The notes under the pieces are model-generated. The model saw nothing but the letters and a program-made list of their open reading frames with translations. It was not told the DNA's origin and did not search any database. This document shows positions 6,988 to 14,926 of a stretch of 57,047 bases of DNA, piece after piece. Position numbers and translations under genes: made by a program. Source of the stretch: a virus (taxonomy: Duplodnaviria > Caudoviricetes); the IMG/VR virus record IMGVR_UViG_3300018080_000022, positions 1 to 57,047 of that record, one strand, 5' to 3'. The number at the start of each line of letters is the position of its first letter. Positions within the stretch are counted from its first letter, which is position 1.

Positions 6988-9965
6988 TATGGCTCGCTAT
7001 CCACATCTTTGTCACTTTCCACCCCATCCGCGTCAGAATCTTGCGGGGTTGCGGGGTTAGATGCCGGGTCTGTAAGGATAATTGGAATTTTTCCGTTTTT
7101 GTCCTTCGAGGGTGGTTTTTGCGGGGTTGCGGGGTTAGATGCCGGGTCTGCAAGCCTTTTTTCAGATTTCTCAGGCTCGATTTCTTGCGGGGTTGCGGGG
7201 TTAGATGCCGGGTCTGCAAGCCTTTTTTCAGATTTCGAGCTCGTTTTTCCGGGGGTTTGTGTGGGATTTTCGGCCGATTCTGCGGGGTTGCGGTATTGCG
7301 GTATTAAGTTTGCTATTGCAGCCCCGTCTCGCAAGTTCTTATCATCGTCATCAGGATAAGAACTTGTCCCCATGCGTTGCATACACACATCATAACCCCG
7401 CAACCCCGCAGAGCCATGAAAATCTACTATATCTTGTGGTTTAGAGCCCTCGGTTACACCATCCGTTGGCGGGGTTATGCCGTTTTCCATAACCCCGCAA
7501 GATTTTTCATAACCCCGCAACCCCGCAGAATCCTCTTTTACCTCTGAAAGCACCCAAAGCTTTGTTTTCGCTCGCAGGTCTTGAGCGAAGTCGAGCTTGC
7601 GGGAATTAAAAATCTTACCCGTTAATCTTGAGAGCCGCCTGCCGAGGGAGCGTTTTAAGGAAGCCTCGCCGCGCTCTTTCGCAGACAGAAGGACATCGGG
7701 GACAACCTCGGAAAGCTCGGTTCCTTCCGTGAATATCTGAGAGACAACATCCGCCGTGCTCACGCTGCTTTCGCCGAGGTCGAGATTCCAGGCGTTGAAG
7801 AAAGCGCGCCATTGAAGCCATTCGTCATCCTGATAATTCGAAAGCTTCTTCTGGTTGCTGAGAAAACCCTCTATCCCGGCATTCTGCAAAACCCCTCCGA
7901 CTACCTCGCTCCACTCGACGAAGCTTCCTATAACCGGGATATCCTTCGCCGCCGGTTTGCCAGCGGCATACCACGCCCTGATTATCACGAAAGCCGCCCG
8001 GAGAAGTTCGTATCTGTTTTCACGGACATACCTTTCGAGGTTCGGATGGAGGAAGCTGTTGGGGTCTCGCTCCCACGGTTTTTCGAGATTGCTGTCCAGG
8101 CGCACGGAATAGCAGCGGCGAGGCATATCGCCGGTGACCTTGACGTTGTTGCCCGTGGCAACCCACGTGAGGTTGACCTTGAATTCGAGATTTTTCGACT
8201 GGCCTAAAACGCGGCCCGTGTATCTGTCTGTAGTGAGTATGCTTGCAAGCGGCGCGCTGTCGAGAACTTCGCGCTCGGAGATGTTGTCGAAGAGAACGGC
8301 GGGGCTGCCTTGGTCGAGGATGGCTATAAGCAGCTTTCGCCATTCCTCTTCGGCATACCTGCCGTGCGGAGCGGACTGGCTTGCGAGCTCGTCCCCGAGG
8401 GCGATGATGCTAAGGCTCTTGACGAGCTTACCCTTGCCCGTGCCTTGTGAAGGCGCGTCTACGATACAAAGAGGAACATAGCCATCGATAACACTTCGCA
8501 TCAACATAGTAAAAAGCAGGGAGAGCGAATTCGCCGGGCCGCTTTTATCCGCAAACGGGAAGTCTCGTATCACGTCGAGCAATAATTCGCGGGCGACGGC
8601 GACATCTTCCTCGGATGGCTCGCTTGGAATGGCCTCCATCTTAAAGTCGTCGGGCGGGACGTAGTACATCGCGGTCGCTTCGTCGTAACCGGGCTCAAGG
8701 CAAATAGAGCCGTCGTCGCGCAGAATGGGAGCGCCGGTTATAGCCCTCAAGGGAGGGAATGGCCATGAGCCGCAAACAAGGACGGACTCCACCACGGCAT
8801 CGGGAGGGGATTTGAAATGTTCGCCTTCCTCGCTTATATAAACGAAGCGCGCGCACTCGGCCAGCCGCAGTCTCATAGATGCCTTCGAGTATATATCTAC
8901 GGAAATATGACCGTCTTCGTCGCGGAGCACGCGCGTGAGCCTTCCCATTCGAACGAAAATACATGGCGGGTCGTTCTTCTCGTCGAGGGCGTTAATCGCC
9001 TGGCGGGTCAGCGAATCGAGCAGGTAGTCGTTCATGACTATCTTCGGGAGCTTGAAATCTGTTTCGGGGTCAACGGGAACAAAATCGACGGCCTTGTCGA
9101 GCAGTTCTTTCAGCTTCTTACGCAAATCTTTTTCATGGCGGAGCTTTTCATCGAGGTCTTTCTTGTCCGCGGGGACATATTTTACCTTACATTGCACGTT
9201 GAGAAGCAATTCCCCGAGCGTGTTAAGCCACTTTCGGCCCGAGGCCCGCGGGTCGGGGAAGAGGATAGCCTCGCGGTTGGCGAGCAGTTTTTGCAGGGCC
9301 GCGTCGCCAATTGGCCCGGCGCTGCTGCCCGCCGTACCGATTACGCTGTTGGCCCCGGCGGAAATCGCCGCAAGCGTGTCGGCCTCGCCTTCGAGGACGA
9401 GCACGGGGCCTTCAGCGGGGAGCTCCTTCGGGTAGAAGAGGCCGTGCTTGTTGCCGCGCGGCGTATAGCTTTTCACGGATTTGTTATACCATTGGAACAT
9501 GGTATTGTTGCCCTTGCGCTTCTTAATTCCGACGACGTTCCCGTCGCCGTCGCGCATCGGGAAGATAACGCAGTCCTTATCCGAACGGCAGTCGATGAGC
9601 TCGAAAGCGTGAATGCTCCAATTACGCAGGCTTGCGAGCATGTTAATCGGGTCAACAGGCTTATAAGCCTTGTCGGTCGGGCCGGGAATTCCAAACTCCG
9701 TCCTGAGCCAGTTGGCTGCATCGCGGGCTTCGAGGCCGAGCACCTGCATGGTTAGCCCGAGGTTGTCCTTGGCTATTCCGCACTTGAAGCATCTAACGAG
9801 ATTCTTGTTGCCGCCGACTTCGCAGGCCGGGCTCTCGTCGTCATGCTCGTGATGGGTAAACGGGCACTTTATCCAAACCTTGTCGCCGTGCTCACGGGTA
9901 GGGATGTTGAGCGCCTGGACAACCTTTAACACGGGGATATCAAGTATGTTCGTTTCGAGAGTCAA
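6987..9965 (-). CDS. Primase-helicase replication protein (CHC2-type zinc finger, TOPRIM, P-loop ATPase)
   Basis: CPF..H.H.D..P.C...CFKC zinc finger; IFPMRD..G..VG; LEGEADTLA and FPDP TOPRIM motifs; APSQGTGKG Walker A, LFDN Walker B, ATGNN, DM.RR. Confidence 0.85.
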   Translation of the reverse strand: MTLETNILDIPVLKVVQALNIPTREHGDKVWIKCPFTHHEHDDESPACEVGGNKNLVRCFKCGIAKDNLGLTMQVLGLEARDAANWLRTEFGIPGPTDKAYKPVDPINMLASLRNWSIHAFELIDCRSDKDCVIFPMRDGDGNVVGIKKRKGNNTMFQWYNKSVKSYTPRGNKHGLFYPKELPAEGPVLVLEGEADTLAAISAGANSVIGTAGSSAGPIGDAALQKLLANREAILFPDPRASGRKWLNTLGELLLNVQCKVKYVPADKKDLDEKLRHEKDLRKKLKELLDKAVDFVPVDPETDFKLPKIVMNDYLLDSLTRQAINALDEKNDPPCIFVRMGRLTRVLRDEDGHISVDIYSKASMRLRLAECARFVYISEEGEHFKSPPDAVVESVLVCGSWPFPPLRAITGAPILRDDGSICLEPGYDEATAMYYVPPDDFKMEAIPSEPSEEDVAVARELLLDVIRDFPFADKSGPANSLSLLFTMLMRSVIDGYVPLCIVDAPSQGTGKGKLVKSLSIIALGDELASQSAPHGRYAEEEWRKLLIAILDQGSPAVLFDNISEREVLDSAPLASILTTDRYTGRVLGQSKNLEFKVNLTWVATGNNVKVTGDMPRRCYSVRLDSNLEKPWERDPNSFLHPNLERYVRENRYELLRAAFVIIRAWYAAGKPAAKDIPVIGSFVEWSEVVGGVLQNAGIEGFLSNQKKLSNYQDDEWLQWRAFFNAWNLDLGESSVSTADVVSQIFTEGTELSEVVPDVLLSAKERGEASLKRSLGRRLSRLTGKIFNSRKLDFAQDLRAKTKLWVLSEVKEDSAGLRGYEKSCGVMENGITPPTDGVTEGSKPQDIVDFHGSAGLRGYDVCMQRMGTSSYPDDDDKNLRDGAAIANLIPQYRNPAESAENPTQTPGKTSSKSEKRLADPASNPATPQEIEPEKSEKRLADPASNPATPQKPPSKDKNGKIPIILTDPASNPATPQDSDADGVESDKDVDSEP
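7041..7527. repeat. Iteron-like GCGGGGTT octamer array (putative replication origin) within the primase-helicase 3' end
   Basis: GCGGGGTT at 7043, 7051, 7121, 7129, 7187, 7195, 7282, 7469; inverted AACCCCGC at 7394, 7402, 7491, 7511, 7519; three 32-bp direct repeats at 7041, 7119, 7185. Confidence 0.75.
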
Positions 9966-9973
9966 CGCCGCCT

Positions 9974-10174
9974 CTATTTGCTTACGAGCTCATCTGTCTT
10001 AAGGTTAAGCAGGGCCGCTATGCGCAGGAGACGATGAAGCGCGGGGTTCTTGGTGCCCTCGACGTAGCAGTAGAGGGTGCGGCGGCTTATTCCAACCGCT
10101 TTTGCGAAGGCTTTCATGGTGTAACCGGCCTTCTTGATATGTTCCCGAAGCGCTTTACCGTCTATAAGGTTCAT
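9974..10174 (-). CDS. XRE-family HTH regulator
   Basis: GYTMKAFAKAVGISRRTLY.Y.EG.KNP....L.RIA.LL; start reassigned to 10174. Confidence 0.85.
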   Translation of the reverse strand: MNLIDGKALREHIKKAGYTMKAFAKAVGISRRTLYCYVEGTKNPALHRLLRIAALLNLKTDELVSK

Positions 10175-10187
10175 ACGGCCCCCGGAG

Positions 10188-10586
10188 TTATTTTTTCGAC
10201 TCCGGCGTCTTCTCGGGCTCGGCTTTCGGTGATTCCGCCTTCCGGGACGGCTGAGCCGCATCGCTCGACGGCATTGCCGCATCGCTCGACGGCATTGCCG
10301 CAGTTTTGCTTTTTCTTATAAACTGCTCTTCCGAGCGTAGAAGCTTGCGGTATTTCATGGAGAAATTAACGGCAAGCTGGTTGACCTCTATGATATTTTG
10401 AAGAATTTCCTTCGATTCCTCGTCGGCGTCTTCGACGAGGCCCTTCGTGAGCTCTATCTGCTGCATGTAAAAGTCCGGCGGGATGGTCGAGATAATCGCG
10501 GCCCCCGTTTTGAACTGCGAGCCGAAGCCTATGCCGCGTCCCATCTCCTCCAGCATAGCTACCATTTCCTCATTAACCTGCGTCAT
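10188..10586 (-). CDS. Hypothetical protein with a 21-bp (AAMPSSD) tandem repeat
   Basis: GGAGG RBS; repeat at 10255-10302. Confidence 0.6.
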   Translation of the reverse strand: MTQVNEEMVAMLEEMGRGIGFGSQFKTGAAIISTIPPDFYMQQIELTKGLVEDADEESKEILQNIIEVNQLAVNFSMKYRKLLRSEEQFIRKSKTAAMPSSDAAMPSSDAAQPSRKAESPKAEPEKTPESKK

Positions 10587-10610
10587 TACAACCTCCCAAT
10601 CAGTTCCGTT

Positions 10611-10652
10611 ACACTTGGGGCTACCGCCCTCACACCTGGGGCTACCGCCCTC
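10611..10652. repeat. Intergenic 2 x 21-bp tandem repeat
   Basis: ACAC(T/C)TGGGGCTACCGCCCTC twice. Confidence 0.85.
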
Positions 10653-10706
10653 ACATTTAGACGTGTCGTTTTTAAGGTAAACGCGCCGTCTTTTCCTCGC
10701 ATCTGC

Positions 10707-10735
10707 AATTTACACCCGGTTTTCCGCTTTGTCAA
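10707..10735 (-). promoter_or_regulatory. Putative sigma70 promoter for the replication module
   Basis: TTGACA-17 bp-TAAATT on the minus strand in an intergenic gap. Confidence 0.55.
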
Positions 10736-10765
10736 ACTCTACATCTGTACATAAGAAAAAATTTT

Positions 10766-11077
10766 TCAGTTTTCCCTCCATTCGTCTATCAGTTCCGATA
10801 TTGCCATGCCGTCGCCGTCGATGCGCTCAAGCGTTTCGTTGTCCTTGACGATTATCAATGTAGGCACCGATTTGACGTTGTGAAACGCCGCCTCGGCAAG
10901 CCCGTCAACCGTCGCGGTGTCTAAAATCTCGAAGTCCTCGGCGATAAGTTGAGGCCGCAGGGAAAGCATATCAACCTGGTCTTCGGAGATAAGGCCCTTG
11001 CCGACCATATCCTCGACAAGCTTCGTACATGTGGGGCACTCATCGCCAACAAACAACAATAGTCTCGCTTCACCCAT
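10766..11077 (-). CDS. Thioredoxin/glutaredoxin-like protein
   Basis: CPTC; V.SVPTLII cis-Pro motif. Confidence 0.8.
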   Translation of the reverse strand: MGEARLLLFVGDECPTCTKLVEDMVGKGLISEDQVDMLSLRPQLIAEDFEILDTATVDGLAEAAFHNVKSVPTLIIVKDNETLERIDGDGMAISELIDEWREN

Positions 11078-11156
11078 ACATGTTCCCTTCTGCGCCCGGA
11101 TAACGGGCTACATCAAGATATTTTTAGCCCGGCGAGGAGTCCCCGCCGGGCAATTT

Positions 11157-11798
11157 TTAACCTAACAGCGCGTCGAGGCCGGTAGAAGAGCCCTTCGGCT
11201 TCTTCGGCGTCGTGAAGCGCTCCTCGTCGGGAACGCTCATGACATCGATGCCTTTTTCTTCGAGCTCCTTCACCTTCTCGTCGGTAATGTCCTTTTCCTT
11301 CATTACTTTGACGAGCTTTGTCGGCCTGCATGCCATTATTACACCCGGAACATTCCTTGTCTTCCCGTCTTCGATGCGCTTCAGCGCCTTTTTATGCGCA
11401 AGAAACAGCCACGTCTTACCGACCTCGAAGAACTCGGGAAGCTTGCTTATTCGCTTGGACACGCCCATCTCGGCGGCCTCGCCGACGAACTCTCCCGGCG
11501 AGTAGAAGGAGTCGCCGACCCACATCAGGCCCGCGGGGTCATCCCCCGGCTGGCATGCCGGGCAGGGCCGCAGGGCTTTGGGGTCTGTGCAACCCTCGTG
11601 CTCGCCGAAGAGCTTTTTGGCGTTGATTTGCTGCATGCTTCGCGTGAAGCGAATGGTCTCGCCGCAAACGGGGCACACGGGAATCTCGTAAGGCATCCTG
11701 TCGCACGGAGCCCCGACCGGGCTCGTGAGCAGGTACATACCGCCTTCCTGGGGATACCCGCAGCCCCTTTCTTTTCCGTTAAACTTAATTACCGCCAT
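11157..11798 (-). CDS. Cys-rich hypothetical phage protein
   Basis: RGCGYP..GG.YL, CPVC, CPAC, LMWVG..FY; GGAG RBS. Confidence 0.65.
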   Translation of the reverse strand: MAVIKFNGKERGCGYPQEGGMYLLTSPVGAPCDRMPYEIPVCPVCGETIRFTRSMQQINAKKLFGEHEGCTDPKALRPCPACQPGDDPAGLMWVGDSFYSPGEFVGEAAEMGVSKRISKLPEFFEVGKTWLFLAHKKALKRIEDGKTRNVPGVIMACRPTKLVKVMKEKDITDEKVKELEEKGIDVMSVPDEERFTTPKKPKGSSTGLDALLG

Positions 11799-11978
11799 GA
11801 TTTTCTCCTTTCCGGCATATCCCGGCATGGCTGCAACCGGGGCAAAAGTTCTTCTTCACATACTCTTCGCCGTAGGTCTTGAAGCAGTACTCTCGAAGCC
11901 TTCCCTCTCTGACCGCTTTTTCGGTATGATGCTTGGCAATCTTCGAGGGAGATATTTTCGCTGCTATTTGCTTTTTCA

Positions 11979-12416
11979 TTATCCCCCCAACAGAAAATCG
12001 AGACCGCTGACGCTCTTGCCGTTTCGCCTCTTCGGCGGCGGGGGCGGCGGTTTGTCCTCGTCGAGGGCTTTTTTGACCGCTTCCCGGTGCGCTTCGAGCG
12101 CTTCGGTCTCTCGTTTCTCGCGCCTGGCCCGCTCTCTCGCCTCGGCCTTGGCCTTGTATTTCTTGACGGCTCTTCGGCGTTCGGCTTCGCTTGTGGCTAT
12201 CTGCGCATCGATTGGGTTGATAAATGAACGCTCCTTCAGCTTCAACTTAGCTTCTTCGAGCTCCTTGCCGCAGCGCCTTATCTCGGACTTCGCGGCCCCG
12301 ATTTCTTCGCCAGTCATGGACTTGCGGAAGTGTTTCAAAAACCATTTCAGTTCCCCGATAAAGCGCCTAAAGGCACCTATCGACCGAATGTACAATCTTC
12401 GCGCTTCTTCGCTCAT
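11979..12416 (-). CDS. Hypothetical charged coiled-coil protein
   Basis: AAGGAG RBS before the ATG at 12416. Confidence 0.6.
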   Translation of the reverse strand: MSEEARRLYIRSIGAFRRFIGELKWFLKHFRKSMTGEEIGAAKSEIRRCGKELEEAKLKLKERSFINPIDAQIATSEAERRRAVKKYKAKAEARERARREKRETEALEAHREAVKKALDEDKPPPPPPKRRNGKSVSGLDFLLGG

Positions 12417-12524
12417 ACATTCTCCTTTCAAATTGTCAAAGAACGGGAGGATTAAGGCCCTCATCCCGCCGCCCCTGGGCCGGACGATTAAGAAACCATC
12501 CAGCTTAGGCGGCGAGTGAAGGTC

Positions 12525-12896
12525 TTAGTTTTTGGAAACCTTATTAATTGCTTTAGAGGCAGCTTCTTGAGCCTTCAAAACCCCGTGACATGCGAGGCAG
12601 TAAATTAAACCCCTACAATCAACAACCTCATCATCTCTAAATAATCTTTCACATCGACAACAAACATGATTACTTGTTAGTTCCCGGAAAAGAACTTTGA
12701 AGTCTTCCATGAGCTCAAGGATGTTACCGTCGATATCTTTTTCCAAGACGGTAGTACCATCAGACCATCGGATAAACTTGAGGGAACTGCCGCATTTCTC
12801 CACTTCCCATCCAAGTTTCCTTGCGTATTTCGCGGCCTGGTCAACATTCTCGTTTTTCTCGAATACGATAGTCTTATTCTCGCTATCGAACTTCAT
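12525..12896 (-). CDS. Hypothetical protein with a C-terminal zinc finger
   Basis: GGAGG RBS; CCRC...CLAC. Confidence 0.6.
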   Translation of the reverse strand: MKFDSENKTIVFEKNENVDQAAKYARKLGWEVEKCGSSLKFIRWSDGTTVLEKDIDGNILELMEDFKVLFRELTSNHVCCRCERLFRDDEVVDCRGLIYCLACHGVLKAQEAASKAINKVSKN

Positions 12897-13316
12897 GATT
12901 ACCTCCCAAATTTTCAAAGAACGGAAAGGAACAAGGCCCTTATCTCTTCGCCCTGGGGATTAGTCGCTTAAGGCGGGTAGTGGTTTTTTCTGTATGTGGT
13001 TGTGGAGAAAAAGCCCGCTTAGCGCCGCAGGACGAAGAGTAAAGGTCTTATCTCATAGGCATCCTCCCTTCGAATCGCCTATTTTTTCGGAAGCTTTACG
13101 GTCATTCCGAAAAACTTTGCATCCTTGTCGAGGTTCGCCTTGCCGTGGGTGCGCGGAAGAAAGCACATTTCCTCCGCTTCCTTCAGGCCCCCGTGCTCGA
13201 ATATTCCGTTCACATCATGCCCTATCTGAGAGAGGGTTTCCGTGAACTTCAAGCCCCTCATCCCGCCGCCCCGTTCGGACGTAGCATAGAAATGCTCAAG
13301 GCGGCGAGTGAAGGTC

Positions 13317-13574
13317 TTAAATGAAGAAACGGTACTTGGCGCGGCCAATCAGGACGGCCTCTCCGTTGCGCCTGAGCGTCATGAGCGCGCTTCTAATCCG
13401 GATGCGGTGTTTTTCCTCGTTTCGCCACATCTCATACTCGTCAGGGCGAAGCGCCCCGGCTTCCTTCCGGTGCTTCATGGTGATGTCCACTATCTCATCA
13501 AGAACAAGAACGTCCTTGGACTGCGCCTTGACGGCTTCGCGGATGCTGTCCGCATAGCTCTCCGTCTTTTCCAT
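13317..13574 (-). CDS. Small, possibly winged-helix protein
   Basis: IRSALMTLRRNGEAVLIGRAKY resembles a wHTH wing; RBS present. Confidence 0.5.
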   Translation of the reverse strand: MEKTESYADSIREAVKAQSKDVLVLDEIVDITMKHRKEAGALRPDEYEMWRNEEKHRIRIRSALMTLRRNGEAVLIGRAKYRFFI

Positions 13575-13657
13575 ATAAACCCCTTTCCGTTTTGTCAAAG
13601 AACAAGGCACAAGGCCACTATCGCATCCCCCGTTCCACCGGGGGATGAGTAGTGGTC

Positions 13658-13861
13658 TTATTTTTCGGGCTTCGGCTCGCAAGCTTCCAGAAATTTTCCG
13701 ACCTTGAAAAGCTTGTTATCTTCCGTGAACATGAAAGAGAACTCGTTCCGGATATAGTTTACAACCCTTAATTCTTCCGGGGTTTTGAACTCTTCCTTGG
13801 CTTCGCGGATGATTCTCGCCGCATCCTCGTAGTGGCGCTTTGCGTACCTCGGTTTGGACAT
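13658..13861 (-). CDS. Small conserved-looking phage protein
   Basis: KRHYE..A.II...F.EDN..F...KFLEAC; AGGAGG RBS. Confidence 0.65.
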   Translation of the reverse strand: MSKPRYAKRHYEDAARIIREAKEEFKTPEELRVVNYIRNEFSFMFTEDNKLFKVGKFLEACEPKPEK

Positions 13862-13878
13862 GTTCGCCTCCTTAAAAA

Positions 13879-13914
13879 GCAAAAGGGACAGGCCATCACC
13901 CCGTCCCCTTTTGC
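13879..13914 (-). terminator. Putative intrinsic terminator after the first early gene
   Basis: GCAAAAGGGGAC...GTCCCTTTTGC hairpin followed by a T-run on the minus strand. Confidence 0.55.
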
Positions 13915-13931
13915 CTCGTAGAACTCGCGTT

Positions 13932-14372
13932 CTACTTCTTGGTTTTGGACTTTGCCTTGGAGCTCTTCTTCGCCGCTTTCTTCGCGGGCTTCTTGGCCTT
14001 TGACGGCTTCGCAGCCTTTGACTTCTTCGCGGGTTTGCTCCCGGCATTCTTCGGCTTGGCCTCATTCTTGGCCTTCGCCGCCTTTGGAGGCTTGAACCAG
14101 CTTAACACCTTCTCCCACGTCACTTCGCCCTCTTGGAGGCCGTGCATCAGGCAAATCAGCGCGTGCGCGACCGCCCAATTCTTGCCGACGTACTTCGGCG
14201 CGCCCTTGTCGTCTTCGCCGACCGGCAGCTTGCCGATGTATTCCCGGCTCTCGTGGCACATCTTCATGTATTCCACCTTCACCGGGCTGGGATTTTTGTC
14301 AAGCTTTACCTGGTTTGTACTAACCGGGTTCACTTGCGCCCCTGGATTGCCATGCGCTTTTTCTGCGTCCAT
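13932..14372 (-). CDS. Protein with a Lys/Ala-rich histone H1-like tail
   Basis: AAGGAG RBS; C-terminal KPAKKSKAAKPSKAKKPAKKAAKK. Confidence 0.7.
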   Translation of the reverse strand: MDAEKAHGNPGAQVNPVSTNQVKLDKNPSPVKVEYMKMCHESREYIGKLPVGEDDKGAPKYVGKNWAVAHALICLMHGLQEGEVTWEKVLSWFKPPKAAKAKNEAKPKNAGSKPAKKSKAAKPSKAKKPAKKAAKKSSKAKSKTKK

Positions 14373-14483
14373 AGCATTCTCCTTTCGGGTAAAAAAGAAA
14401 TTAGAGTGTATAGAAACGCAGACGGTGATGGCGTCTGCATGGCATCCTGCCTTATTGTCAAAGAACATGATTACTACTCCGAT

Positions 14484-14512
14484 AGTGTACCACAGGGTCA
14501 CACTAAAGTCCA
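14484..14512 (-). promoter_or_regulatory. Putative leftward early promoter (extended -10)
   Basis: TGGACT-17 bp-TACACT with TG at the extended -10 position, followed by a boxA-like GTTCTTTGACAA (14466-14455). Confidence 0.6.
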
Positions 14513-14836
14513 GAATTATTTTTGAAATATTTTGCGAATCGTCATAAGTCCTTACGACATAAGTACTTACGACGATAAAAATATTTCCCGAGACGCCTGA
14601 AAAATCTTTCATGGGCTTGATGTAATCTCTTCCGGCACAAGGGTTTACATCTCGCATGCTTTTTTGGGGCAGTTCCCGTCATTGTTCCATGACGCTTCCG
14701 CCGATATCGGCGACGGATATCGGGGCCAATAAATTTTTAGCTTTCGGCGGATTTTCGCTTGACGAAACGAGATGCGGGATGCACTATGTGATGCGAAGAA
14801 AAGACCGTAGCCAAGAGAGAAAAGCCTTGTTGGTTT

Positions 14837-14886
14837 CCAAGTTACCGCCAAGTTATTCCCAAGCCAGAGCCAAGTTACCGCCAAGT
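14837..14886 (+). repeat. Five phased 11-bp repeats (CCAAG core) upstream of the virion operon
   Basis: CCAAG at 14837, 14848, 14859, 14870, 14881. Confidence 0.8.
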
Positions 14887-14926
14887 GAAAAGATGTTGGA
14901 TTAACCCCATTGTTTGTGGAAGGGAG

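Larger units (their letters stand above)
12453..13660 (-). promoter_or_regulatory. Four homologous intergenic stem-loops (12453-12527, 12933-13050, 13251-13319, 13611-13660)
   Basis: Each begins TAAGACC at a stop codon and shares a bulged A and an A-mismatch; stems covary. Confidence 0.75.

Noticed and set aside
7041-7236. CRISPR array (32-bp repeats with 46- and 34-bp gaps)
   Set aside because: In frame inside a CDS, built from tandem octamers, the sequence after copies 2 and 3 is shared, and no cas genes are present
12453-13660. Integron attC cassette array
   Set aside because: No RYYYAAC/GTTRRRY cores and no tyrosine recombinase recognised; G-U pairing favours an RNA role (kept only as an alternative)
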